NCBI GenBank assembly: GCA_034521065.1
Contig: JAXHMW010000010.1
Location: 25,264 to 89,263 of the forward strand
Direction: 5' to 3'
From: Planctomycetota bacterium
Lineage (GTDB): Bacteria > Planctomycetota > B143-G9
DNA length: 64,000 nucleotides
Shown here: positions 31,082 to 43,300 of the stretch, in pieces
How positions within the stretch are numbered: the stretch's first letter is position 1
How the letters are laid out: each line of letters opens with the position of its first letter
Made by a program: the position numbers and the translations under genes
The notes under the pieces: generated by a model
What the model saw: only the letters and a program-made list of their open reading frames with translations
Told to the model about the DNA's origin: nothing
The model's database searches: none

Positions 31082-31160
31082 GCTCCGCGGGCGCCGAAGG
31101 AACAAACTGACGTATAATCCTGACAGATACTTGCGCAACCGTTCATCCGAGGCGGCAAAA

Positions 31161-34100
31161 ATGTTCAGAAAACCTGCGAACCTGCTTTTTCACTCCATTG
31201 TTTTGCTCGCCTGCATCGCTATAGTCATCTCCTTCATTCGCGATACGCTCACGCGCCCGGACTCAGAGGGCACTTCCACCCGGCCGACCCGAACAGCCAC
31301 AGAAAGTCCCTCAAAACCGAAACGGACAGACGGCCCGCTAAAACTCGCCGCGGTCGCGCGCCAACCCATGAAATACGGCGTACTGGATAGTTCGGGCAAT
31401 ACTGTCATCAAGCCGAAATGGGACCGGCTCGAGAACCTCGGCAACGGCTACTTCTACGGAGGACTCGACGACTCCTTCCACGTGTTCGATTCCGACGGCC
31501 GGGACCTGCTCGTGATGAAGACCGACACTCTCTATCGCCTCGGGGACAACAGCGCCGTCACGGTCAGGATAGGTTCGCACTATTCTCTTTTCGATATAGA
31601 TACCGGACGCTTCACAGAGACCCTTCCGCCCGCCCAGGATTTCAGCTTCCCGCCCGCAATGCTGCACGGCGCACAGGTCGCGGCCTTCGATGCCAAGGAC
31701 GACCCTCTCCCCCACCTGTTCTTCGACGGCTACGCGCTTGCACGAAACATCGAAGGCTACTTCTTCATTGACGAATCGGGCAAACGCGCTTTCGGACCTT
31801 TCGCGGACGCCCAGCCTTTCAGCGAAGGGCTTGCGGCGGTACAGTCGCAATCCGACGGACAATGGCACTACATTGACACCGCGGGCAAGGCCGCAACCGG
31901 GAAATTCAACGGTCTCGTGTGGCCCTTCCACAACGGCAACGCCTTCGTCCAGCGTTCGGGTGAAAACAACCTGGTCATAGACAAAACCGGCAAGACCGTT
32001 CTCGAACTGCCCAAATCCGACAATGGCAACGGCAGCAAGTGGGCTTGGGCTATTTCGCCGGAAAAGGTGGTCTTGTACTTTGAAGATGACAAGCAGCAGA
32101 ACTTCGAACTGATCGATATCGCATCACAGGAGCGCGAGGACTTCGCCATCGGCGAGCACAGCTTCCCGCTCTGGCCCCGCAAGACGCGAGAGGTACTCGC
32201 AAGAGGCGAATTTTATCCGCCCGTGGTTGCAGGCACTATGCTGGCCGCCGCCGAACAGGCCAAGCCCGTCCTCTGCGACAGCTTCGTCGGTGTCAGGAAC
32301 TGGAACGACGAATTCGCCTTCGTTGACCTCACTCCCGAGCCGGAAAAAGACGAAGAGGGCAATGTAGTCAGGAAGTTCCCTCCGCTCTGGCAATTCGTCG
32401 CCCCCGACGGAAGTACGTTCGAACTGCCGGAGGGCTACGAGCCCTACGGAACCACGAACGTCAAAGGTGCCGTGCTCGCTCACAAGGACATGCGCTTCAC
32501 CCTCTTCGACACGCAGGGAGAGCGACTTGTTGACAGCCACTGGCGTTTCGTGAGTTACTTCGAGAACGGAGAAGCCATTGTGCTTGAAGGCTTGGCCTAC
32601 CGCATCGCCTCGCTCGATGGTGGGACGGACACAAAGGCGGTTTACCGCGAGCTGAGGAGAATGAAGGACGGCTACCGGGTCTTCATGCCTTACGAGACCT
32701 GCGAGGTGGTCAACGTTCTCACTGGCGAAGTGCTTGACGAATACATCGGGCTCGTGAGCCGTTTCTTCGGCGACCGTTATGCTAAGCTCACCGACGGACA
32801 TTTCGAGCTTGAAGGCGTTTTCGACAAGGATATCTCTTCGCCTCTCCTGTACGACATCGGGCAGATAACCCGAGATAAGTTCATTATTCGGTCTTTCTCC
32901 GGCGAGGGCCTGATGAACCGCAACGGGAAAGTAATCATCGAGCCCGTCTTCGACTCGATAAGCAGTACAGGAGCTGGCCTCTTCTCTTGTACGAAAGGAA
33001 AGGAACAAATCACGCTGAACAGCGAAGGAATGTCGGCGGAGCAGTGGGTCAAGAATGCGCTGGAGAAAAATCCCACCGGCAAGAAGCTGTACTATTCGGG
33101 TGGCGGGCCGGAATCCGTGGATTTCGTATCAACAGACATTGCGAGCTTCCGGCGGGATGGCTACTTCGGCGCTGTGCTGATGGACGGAACCGTCCTTCCG
33201 GCGAGGTACGCCGAAGTTGATAGCGTAGCCGGTACCGACCACTCCGTGGTTGTGGCGCGAAAATGGGTCAGAGACACCGCCATTGTCAGTTCTGTCAGGC
33301 CCGGAGGCGAAGTGCTATTCACTCAAGAGCAAGAAAAACTTGCTCGAATGACCGCCTGCCGGAAGGAAAACGGCTATATCGGCATTACCCGAAACGGCAC
33401 TCTTACAGTATTCACGAAAGACGGAAAGTTCGTTATCGAGGGGAATTTCGGCTCCTTCTTCCACAATCTCGGCCCCGGCCTTATCGCGTTGAACAATGAC
33501 ACGAGGCTCGTCGTCATCGAGGACGGAGAGATAATCGCGGACAGGAAGAACCTGAACAGCGTAAGATATGCTTGGCGCGGAGTTTTTTCGCACATTGTGG
33601 ACGGAAAATGGCAACTTGTTGACAAGTCCGGCAGGGATGTCACCGGCCCCGGCGGCGAGCCTCTCAGTTTCGACCTCGCACCGACGCAGGTCGCCCCTGA
33701 CCGCTACCTCGTCGGCGACAAGCTCGTTGATGGTTCGGGCAAGGTTTACGAGGTCTTCGAAGGAGATGTCGAGTCCGAAATCGGGGGTGTGTTGCTCATC
33801 AAGAGGCCCGACCGCCCGTGGCGGCTGTACGCCGTTGACGGCAGCCTCGATATGACCTTTGAGAAGAAGCCGTCGTTTTACGGCAAGGTATTCGGTGCTG
33901 CCCGTGGAGGCAGGGGCTACGTCAATGTACTCGGCGATGAAACCTACCCTGCGCAGAGAGTCTCCGTGCGGGCGGCGATTCGTAAGCGTCCCGCGCCAGG
34001 GCAACCCGAGCCGCGACGGAACTTCCTGTGGGCCTCCGACACGGATGGCAGGATCCTGCGCGTTTCATACTACCTTCGCGAAGACGACAAGAATCCGCAC

Positions 34101-34184
34101 CTGACGGGCATTATGACACAGAAAGGCGAATGGCTCATCCCGCCCTGCTTCGGCATAAGCGAAATCCGGGTTTTGGGTGATTGA
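31161..34184 (+). CDS. WG-repeat-containing membrane-anchored protein
   Basis: KYGVLDSSGNTVIKPKWD, PFSEGLAAV..WHYIDTAGK, GLMNRNGKVIIEPVFD; N-terminal TM. Confidence 0.8.
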   Translation: MFRKPANLLFHSIVLLACIAIVISFIRDTLTRPDSEGTSTRPTRTATESPSKPKRTDGPLKLAAVARQPMKYGVLDSSGNTVIKPKWDRLENLGNGYFYGGLDDSFHVFDSDGRDLLVMKTDTLYRLGDNSAVTVRIGSHYSLFDIDTGRFTETLPPAQDFSFPPAMLHGAQVAAFDAKDDPLPHLFFDGYALARNIEGYFFIDESGKRAFGPFADAQPFSEGLAAVQSQSDGQWHYIDTAGKAATGKFNGLVWPFHNGNAFVQRSGENNLVIDKTGKTVLELPKSDNGNGSKWAWAISPEKVVLYFEDDKQQNFELIDIASQEREDFAIGEHSFPLWPRKTREVLARGEFYPPVVAGTMLAAAEQAKPVLCDSFVGVRNWNDEFAFVDLTPEPEKDEEGNVVRKFPPLWQFVAPDGSTFELPEGYEPYGTTNVKGAVLAHKDMRFTLFDTQGERLVDSHWRFVSYFENGEAIVLEGLAYRIASLDGGTDTKAVYRELRRMKDGYRVFMPYETCEVVNVLTGEVLDEYIGLVSRFFGDRYAKLTDGHFELEGVFDKDISSPLLYDIGQITRDKFIIRSFSGEGLMNRNGKVIIEPVFDSISSTGAGLFSCTKGKEQITLNSEGMSAEQWVKNALEKNPTGKKLYYSGGGPESVDFVSTDIASFRRDGYFGAVLMDGTVLPARYAEVDSVAGTDHSVVVARKWVRDTAIVSSVRPGGEVLFTQEQEKLARMTACRKENGYIGITRNGTLTVFTKDGKFVIEGNFGSFFHNLGPGLIALNNDTRLVVIEDGEIIADRKNLNSVRYAWRGVFSHIVDGKWQLVDKSGRDVTGPGGEPLSFDLAPTQVAPDRYLVGDKLVDGSGKVYEVFEGDVESEIGGVLLIKRPDRPWRLYAVDGSLDMTFEKKPSFYGKVFGAARGGRGYVNVLGDETYPAQRVSVRAAIRKRPAPGQPEPRRNFLWASDTDGRILRVSYYLREDDKNPHLTGIMTQKGEWLIPPCFGISEIRVLGD

Positions 34185-34316
34185 GACGAAAACGCCGTCC
34201 GGTTTTCGGGAAGGAGTCCGGGTCGGTACACACCGCGCAGAAATTAATATCCTTCGCACGCCAGCCAACCGTGTTGATGACATGAGGAACTGAATAGTCC
34301 GTTCACTTGAATGAAC

Positions 34317-34348
34317 AAAGCCCCGTCCGTTGTGGACGGGGCTTTTTC
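34317..34348. terminator. Bidirectional terminator between convergent genes
   Basis: AAAGCCCCGTCC-GTTGT-GGACGGGGCTTTTT. Confidence 0.8.
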
Positions 34349-34378
34349 GTTTACGAAGTATCTTGCGATGGCGATGAA

Positions 34379-37300
34379 TCAACGCAGCAGGTCGCGCAGC
34401 AATGCCCTCAGGGGTTCGGAGGTGCGAATCGAACCCGAAGGAGCAGGCGATACGCTGTAGTACAGAGCCACGAGTGCCGAAGATGTGCGCGAAGTCGCGA
34501 GTGTTCCGTCACGCATAGCGGTAAGGGCGCCCACGTAATCGGAAGTCAGGGAACCGAACGCGGCGGTTGCCACGAAACAGCCACCACCGCCCGACGAGGG
34601 CGGACTGCCGACCACGGCATTTACCTTGTAGCTTACCGGTTCGGTCCAGGAGGACCCGTCCGACATGTACAGCATAAAGGTGTATTCGCCTGAAGAGGGC
34701 AGATAGAACGAGCCTGTTTTGCCCGTTGAATCGTGCGCTTTGGCACAAGCAGGACCGTCGAGTTGCACCCAGAGGTAATGCGAAGCACCGTCCGGGCCGT
34801 TGAGATGCACCTCGTGACCCGCATAACCTTCGGCCGGTTGTTCCGGTTCTTCCAGCGCCAATGCCTCGTCCGGCCCATAGACTGGCACGTACACAATCCG
34901 CTGCAAAACGAACTCTCCATCGAAGAGTGTCACACGGAAACAGTAAACACCAGCACGCAACGCACGAACTTGGGCAGTGTCGTTATACGGCGTGAAGCAC
35001 ACTGTCGGGCCACCGACCTGCTCAATGTGGTAGTGCTCTCCGGACTGGGGCGGTTCGAGATACTCGCCGAACACGGAAAACCGTTCGGGATGTTCTGAAG
35101 CCTTGGTCGCGGGGAGGGTGAAACCGGCGGAGACAGCAGGGGGCTCGTAGGTTCCGTCGGTGAGGTGCAGCGTGATGACGTCCTCGACCGAACGGTCCGT
35201 GCCGTCGAAGACGGTGAGGCCGATCTTGTAAGTTCCGGCTCCGTATGGACGGAAGGTCGGCGTGGGCGATGAGTCGTTTTCGATTTCGCCCTGTTCGAGC
35301 AGCACCCGCCAGGAATAGAGAGGGGTCGCCGTCCGGGTCGAACGAACCCGTTCCGTCGAGCGTGATTGCGTGAGCGCACACACGTATCTGATTCTCACCT
35401 GCATCTGCAAGCGGAGGATTGTTGTCGGAATCCGCATGCACCACGATATTAACGGAATCGCCGGAGTAGTAGCAGTGGGCGTCCATTACCTCCACTTCTA
35501 AGGTATATAGTCCTGGTTCGGTCGGCGTGAACGAGGCACGCTGGCCGTCCTCGGACGTATCAATCTGCACGGACGGGCCGTTTGTCTGCTTCCAGTTGAC
35601 GGAGTAAGGGGGCGTTCCCGTGCCGTTGAGCATGGTGTCGAGAGTGACGGAGTTGCCTGCGACAGCCTGCCTGTCGGGGCCGAGTTGTGCGGTCGGCGGA
35701 GTGAAGCTCTCGCTGAACACGATAATCTCGACAAAAGCGGTATCGGACAGCCCGAAGGGGTCGGTCACAGTAACGGTGGCAGTGAAGTATCCCACGCGCG
35801 GGAAGGTGGCCACGGGAGAGGGAGATGTCGGGTAGTCGAGGGTTACGTCGTGCGGCACGTTCCAGGAGAAGGTGCAGGGGTCGGCGTTGGGGTCGAAGCT
35901 CATGGAGGCATCGAGGATAACGCCTTCCTCGTCGGCGATGTCCATGTGGATGGAACCGATGACCCTCGCTACCGGCGCGACGTTTCGCACGGTGATGAAC
36001 TTCGGACGCGATACGGAGTCGCCGAAACAGTCGGATACGGTCACGCGCATCTCGTACTCGCCCGGGCGCAGCAGTTCGGCGTGGGCGATGTAGGAAGTGG
36101 GATTCGTTATCGTGACCGGAACAGGCCCGCGAACGAACTCCCACGAGTAGTTCATGGTCTCGGGCTCCTGGTCGGGGTCAACGGGGTCGCAGGTGAGTTC
36201 GAACACCGAAGGCGGCTGGCCTTCGAGCACCTCGAGTACCGGCAGTTCGGGCGAGGTGTTGTTATCGAGCACGGGCGTGTTGCCGCCGCTGTCGGTCAGG
36301 GAGTTCCCGTCGTAGCGGAACAGCAGGGGCGTGTCGGGACGCTGGTTGTCGCCTTGCACGTACAGTATGAGACTGTTGCCGCTGACCTCTACCGAGGTGC
36401 AGTGCGCCACCACGTCAACCGTTCCGGTGGAATCGTATATCTCCCAGCCGTCGAGCGTGGCGGCGGAGGGCGGCAGCGTCTCCGAGAAGGTGAACACGAT
36501 GCGGTCGGTGAAGCCGTTACCGCTGTCGTCGTAAGGCAGGGCGGAGAGCAGGACCATTGTTGCGCCGTCCGTAAGTGCCCGGTCGCTGAACGGCTGCCAG
36601 TAGTGGCCGACCGTGTCGAACACACGCGAGCTTTGCGGTGCAGTGTAGCTGAGTTCCATGACACCAGTGCCGGTCAGCGGAGGGTCGAAGTACAGGTTCA
36701 TGTCGTAGTTGCCGACAAACTCCACCGAATACGGCGAGCTTCCTTCCACCGTTATGGACGAGGGGTCGAACGGCGAGTCCGGCAGTACTATTTCGTCGAA
36801 GATTACGTGAACCCGCTCGACGTTTCCATCTCCGTTTTCATCGAGGGTCACGGCCTCGAATATGTCCGGGGGCAGAACGTCGATTACCTCGATCGAAAAG
36901 CTCTCAGTAACAGTCACATGGCCGTCGTTGACCGAGAACCTGATATCGGAGTGCATCCCCTCCTGCAACTTCGACGGAGTCCAGACGAATCGCCCGGTCG
37001 AAGTGTCGAACGACGCTCCATTCGGCGCGTTTTTCCACGGAAAGACTTATGGTGTCGTCGGCGTCGGGGTCGTCGAACGAGAGCACGAAGTCTATGAGTT
37101 CTTCCTCTGTAACGGTCATGTCGGAAAGGGGGTCTATAACCGGCTCGCGGTTAAGGTTGGCGATTGTGACTGTTATCGTGACGGAGTCCGTGTCCTCTCC
37201 GGTAGGTTCGTAGTGGGTGGAGGAATCGTCCTGCACGGTGATGGTTATATCGTACGTGCCTGCATCGTAGAAGCCCGTGTCCCAGTTGAAGGTCATAGAG

Positions 37301-39948
37301 TTGGTGTCGAAGGTGGCTCCATCGGGCAGTCCGGGCGACTGTTACATCATGGGTGTTGTCCGTATCGGGGTCGGTGTAGGGAGTGGAGAACGATACCGTA
37401 TCGGTCTCCGTCGCTTCGAAGAGGGTGGAAGAGTACGACAGCTCCGGCGGGCGGTTGACATCTCCGACGGATATCGCAAAGGTCTCGGTAGCGGTTCCGT
37501 TTTCGTAGTCGGGGCACTGTGAAGCGAAGTCGTCGGTCGTCGCTAAGGAGTAGGAGTACTGCCCGTCGTGGAGGAAGTTCGGATTGAAGGTAATGGTGCT
37601 GTTTACGGGGTTCCACGAGGCGAAAGGCGGAAGGTTTTCTACCTCCACTGTAACGGTCTGGCCGGAGTCGGGGTCGGTGATGGCGACATCGACCGTGAGC
37701 GACTCGCCCTCGCGCATGAAGGCGTCACCGTCGCTGCACGATACCTCCGGAACAGTGTTGACGTAAAGGGTACCGAGATAGGGCTCGTAGTTCTGCATGA
37801 CGACCGAGAGGTCCGCCTTTCCGGGTGTGGAGAAGGAAGCCGCGATGGTGGCAGAGCCGTCCGCGCCGGTTACCGCGGTTCCGTAGAAATCGTCTCCCTT
37901 GCTGATGACCACGGTCGCGCCCTCTACTCCCGCGTTAACAGTGACGTTGACCGAACCGGTATTCACACGTTCGGGATGGGTCACCGTGAAGGTGGAGGGG
38001 TTGTCGGTAAACATACGCATGCCCGGATCGCCCAACAGGTTGATGCCGTTCATGAGGTAGTGTGTAAGGTCGTGCGAGTTCGCCCGGTAGGCGTTGGACG
38101 TCTTGTGGTTGATGTGCGCCTCTCCGAGGTATTCGTCTCCGTCCTTGAAAACGCTTGTGAAGAAGTCCTTTGCGAAGCCCTCTGAAGAACCCTTGATCAC
38201 GCTTGCGTTAACGTATCCGATACCCTCGCGCGAACATCCGGTGTAAGAGACCGAGCCGCCGTTAGGCGCCCATAAAAACGCCTCCGAAAGCGAGGTGAAG
38301 GTGTAGTCGAAGCCATTGGTGAGGCAGGCCATGGTGTAGATTATGCCGGGCTTGGTTGTGTTGGACTGATACGCATCGTTAACATAGAATGCCCCGCCTG
38401 TCTCCATCGACCAGCTGTTATAATTGCCGTGTGTGAGCATCATCGTGAAATTGAAGCCGGGAGAGTTGAACTTGGAGGTTAGGTTGTCGTCAGTGAGCGG
38501 ATAGTCGCCCGCAGTAGAGGAATCCCAGTTTGTGAATGTGTCGTAGAACTTGTACTGGGGGTCGGTATCGGCATGCTCCCAGTTGTCCTCTATCACGGAG
38601 TAAATATCGTCGCCTTTTGTTTCCGCATCGGAGACAGGGTAGGTGTAGTCGGAGTAGCCGTTGTAGGTGTTCCAAAGCTCAACACCGGTAAAAAGCTGAT
38701 TGCGGCAGAATCCGCTCGAAGGCGGATTTTTCTCGTAGTTGATCACCTTGTCCACGAAGTTCTGGGTGTAGGTGACCGAATTGCTCGAAATTCGCCCGAC
38801 ATAGACTTCTGCGTAGTAGTCCGGGCTGTCCTCGGACTCACCATAGGTGCTGTCGCCGTCGCTGTTCCAGTCGCCGTCCAGGCAAGCGTAGTAGTAGTCC
38901 GCAGGCAGGTCGTAGTAGTCCACGAGGCTGCCCACCACTCCGCGGCTGTCGCGGTCGGGAACAACGGCCTGGTCGCCGCCCAGCAGTACGAACGAGATGC
39001 CCTTGTTCGTGTAGAAATCAATAATACAATTTCTGATCTTCTCCTGATTATCGGAACCGGAGTAGTTGGCGTAGATGGAACTGGTAAGCACGGAATAGGC
39101 TCTAAGCCCGGTTCTCGTGCGCCACTGCTCCAAATCGTCCAGCGCGGGTTTGTGAGTGCTGTCGGTGATTATGAGGTAGTCCAACTCGTCCGGCGCGTCG
39201 GAGACATCACCGCTTCCGAGCGTGCCCATCGCGGGGTCGTCGTCGCCCGCAGAACCTTCGAGAGCCGTGGTGCCGGGAGCGGTCAAAGTCGGGCAAAAGG
39301 CATCGACCTGCTCGGAGTTGTCCACGAACCTCTTGAGCGAGTTTGCATAGGTGTCGAAGTTCCGTGCCGGAGCACGCAGCTTATCGCCGGTTTCCACAAC
39401 GTCAACGGAGACAGTCATCGAAGTGCATACCCGGTACATTTCGAGCGCGGGATTGTACTGCACCGGATACAGCGGGACGTTCACTACGCGCATTCCGCGC
39501 AGAATACCTGTGCTGTAAGGTTCATGGGTGACAGGCGGAAACCATTCATCACGCGAGTAGAACTCGTCGTTTGCCGGAGTGAACTCGCCGGGCTCGCCGA
39601 TTATCAGGGGCTCCTGTGCAGGATACATTTTGCCCGGAAGGTCGAAGCTCACAGATGAACTGTTTACGTCTATGCTTACCTTGTGGGCGTTTGACGGCAC
39701 CACCAGCCTTGCGGTGCGAATGGGGAGCATGGGCAAACCGGGCTCGGACATGTAGCTGTAGCCCTTGTCAAAAGGGATATCGAAGAAGACGTAACCATCT
39801 CTATAAGAGAGTTCAAGCCTCGTTAGTGGGGAATGAGAATTTAACGGAGATTGTGTCATCGGCGCGTGCGGTCGTGAAAAGCAACGCGACAAAAAAAACG
39901 GTAAGCAGACCGGAGAGGATTAGTACGACGCATAGCGACTCCTTTGAC
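34379..39948 (-). CDS. Large secreted C25 (gingipain-type) cysteine peptidase with Ig/PKD domains and CFI-box-CTERM (several apparent frameshifts)
   Basis: Propeptide EPGLPMLP; FVLLGGD, ADYYYACLDGDW, YVGRI, MLTHG and TMACLT catalytic motifs; repeated PKD/cadherin-like units; ends GGGGCFVATAAFGS; ORFs 37151-39892, 36904-37296, 35022-36968 and 34379-35437 overlap; start is approximate. Confidence 0.8.
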
Positions 39949-40083
39949 AAAGCAAGTTTACGGGCACGGTAGTAATTGTAGCCCGTGCTCGTCAAGACGT
40001 CCATTGTTGTGAAATCCGGGGAAATTCTACTGAAAAATGGTGGCGAAAAATGTAATTCAACGTCCCGCGGTTCGTGAAGCCAC

Positions 40084-40355
40084 TAATCTGTCCCCTTCGT
40101 CTGGAGAGTAACCTCTCCTCTGAATTTGGTGGAAGATCCTCTACTCCTGAGTTGACCTGATATTTCCGCAGTTCCGGCTTCGCTACGCTTAGGCTCCACT
40201 ACGGAAACGGTGGTACCGGAACCCCGGCACCTGTCCTTATTCTAAGCTCTTCATTCGCTCCTACAAGCAATACTCGCTCTACAAAGCTGGGAATTGCTCC
40301 GTAAGCAGTTGCAGGTGTTCTCCGTCCGAGGCTGCTGTGCCTACGAGTATGGTTG
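40084..40355 (-). mobile_element. IS3-family 3' remnant
   Basis: Reverse copy of 25798-26068. Confidence 0.8.
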
Positions 40356-40397
40356 GGGCAGATACTAACTTCTTACAACGGCATTCTACGATTGTCT

Positions 40398-43300
40398 TTA
40401 CCCCGAATATCGTGTTTGTGATTGCTTGCTGTCAGCATTTTCGGGCTCAAACGCATCTGTTGACTTCTCGTTATCGTCCCTTAGGGCATTATGAATCAAT
40501 CGTTCCAACCTTCTCTGCTCTTCTGCGTTTGCTGGATCATCTTCATCACACAACCAGCCATTGTTGTACCATCTGTGATATGGGGTGTTTATTATCTTCC
40601 ATCCAGCACGTTTGAGTATATACATTCGATCAAGATGCTGTTGAGAGTACTCCATGTCATTGTCAAAATGTCTTGCACCGTCTACTTCAATGGCAACAAA
40701 CTTCTTGTTGTTTTTATTGAAAACTACAAAATCGAGCCTCTTCTGGCCGCACGTTTCGACTTGGTTATAGACCACAAACTGAGGATTATCCGCAATGATC
40801 TTCTCTTTGATGAAGCGGTAGACTTTTCTCTCAAAGTCGGATTCCATGAGTTCCTGCCGAAACTCCCAGGTCACCGGGTTTAATGCCGAGGCCGGCATGG
40901 AATACTCTCCACCGCAAATTGACTGCTCATCAAGCGATGGAGTGAAGTGGGACAGATACTGTCTAACGCGTGTAAAATCTGGCGGTATGTTTGAGTACAC
41001 AAAAAATACGAAACTCTTCGCCCTGCTGAACGCAACATTCATGCGATCAGGCTTATTAAAGTGTCCAAACCCTTTGGAGTCATTGTCTAGGCATGCGGTG
41101 ATAATGATCACTTCCTTTTCATGTCCCTGGAGTTCTTCCGGTGTGCCGCATACAAGTTCAAGCGAGTCATACCCATTTTTGCCTTCCAGGGAATGCAATT
41201 TCTCTTTAATGTAATTCGCATGGTCTCTGATGATTGAGATAATTCCAACCGTGCACTGTGTTGCGGCCACATGCTCAGGGATAGTTGTAACCTGTTGATT
41301 GGCACGGTATTTCTGTTTATCTTTTAAGATCCCTTGCACAATGCTGACAACTTTACTTGCTTCCTGATAGTTTATCTTCTTGCCTGTGTCTGTTGCACGT
41401 CGCCCACGAACTCTAACGGGCTTGAAAACAGCTCTCTCTACTTTTTCTGGTGTTTCGGTCATGATTGCGAGTGTTTTGTCGTAGAACGAAATATTCGTAA
41501 ACGCCGCCAGTGCAGGTAATGAACGATAGTGCTCGTTCAGCACAACCTCCTGAATCTCTGCGTTTTGTGACTCACTCATCATGAAGTCAAGAATCGAAGC
41601 TTGCGAAACGGCAAGCTTCCTCTTTACTCCATCGCTGTATGAGATAGCAGCATCAGATTTCGAGGAGATGTGCTTTTCCCACATCAACTGGTCATACTTC
41701 TTCGTGAACTTGAAGCCAATCCCAGTTGAGCTTAGCCCAAGTTGCTTGTGATCACCTACAACAACGATGTTTTTACCTCTGTATAATGCTGGAAAAACCT
41801 CAGGAATGTTGACTTGGGATGCTTCATCCACTATCACAATGTCAAACAAGCATTCTTGCATGGGCAGGAGGCGCGATAGGTGGCGTACTTCGCCTGTCCA
41901 GAGCGGAAGAAGTTCCAACAGGATACTGAAATCGAGTTTGCGTTGCTTGGATTCGACCAAATCCGCACGAACGTTATGTAGCATCCCTTTTAGTCGCACC
42001 ATTTGGTCTTTCATCTGATACGGGTCTGAGCTAAACGCATTCAGAAAAGCGTATTTAGGCAGCAGCTCAAAGAACTTCTCGCAAGCCTTATGTCTCTCTT
42101 GGATAAGCTCATCAAGCTTGTGGGTTATCTGAGAATACGGAGTTCTCTCGAGTTTCCGGCTGCATTCATCGGCGGTGTAACTTGTCTCGTATATTTCTGC
42201 GAAGGAGTCGAATGTTGCCGCGAAAACAGGGGGATTACAGCAGTTGTGAAGACCGACAGACATCTCTTTTGCAAGCGTCGAGAGCTTGGTTGCATATGCC
42301 AAGTCAAGCAAAGATGACTCGTCAGAGTCTGCAGTGTTTTCTGCGAAGTTGCGGGAAAAGCGAGAAAGCCTATCTGGTTTGAGCCGATGCTCTATATGGA
42401 ACTCCCGGCTTATCTCAATCTCTTCCTCGTCGAGAAATCTCTTCTTGAGATCAGAGAACTTCTCTTGAGCATCTCTGTGATGTTTGGCCTCGTCCAAAAA
42501 CTTTTTCTTTTTGTCTGTGTATTTGTCTATCTCAGCGTTCAACTCACCAATACTCTTCTTGATCTCTGAGATTTGTCTTTCGAGCGTATTAGGTTCCCAA
42601 CTACGCAGTGATGACTCCGCGAACTTAATCAGACGGTCAACAATGACCTTTAGTTTCCGTCTTGATTTACCATATGAGTAATGGAGGATTGCGGGGCCGG
42701 AGTCTGTCAGTTCCGTCACTTTTGACATGCTCTCACATATGACGTCAAGAGCAGGTTTCTTTTGCGAAACAACAAGTACTGTTTTCTTCATGATTAGGGC
42801 ACAAAGCAGAATGTTGAAGATCGTGAATGACTTGCCTGTGCCAGGGGGACCTTGAATGTAGGAGAAGTCCATTGAGAAAGCGTTCTTGACTGCCTCAACC
42901 TGTGAATCTGAGAGAGAGTATGGGATAAAGTCCTGAATAGCCTCCTCTACATCTCGTTCTATCTTTTGGTCCCTTTCTGGGTAGATAATCTTTTCGGGGT
43001 CTCGAAGGCTGGAAAGAAGCTTGTTGAGAGCAAGATGTTGGGAGGCTGACCCTGATAAACTACGTTTAAGCTGATTCAAGGATGTATATGTGGATAGTGA
43101 GTCAGGGACTTTTGCCACGAAAAGGGTGTGTAGGTATACATAGAAACAAGGTTCAGCTGTCTCTGGATTTGTTTCTAAGAGAGTTGCTGGGATTTCGTCG
43201 GTGCTCTTGAATTGGCTCAACAAGGAGATATTGTCCCCGAATTCCTCAAATTCACCGTTAAGCGTCCTCCATATATCTTCAGATATTTTATCGAATTCCT

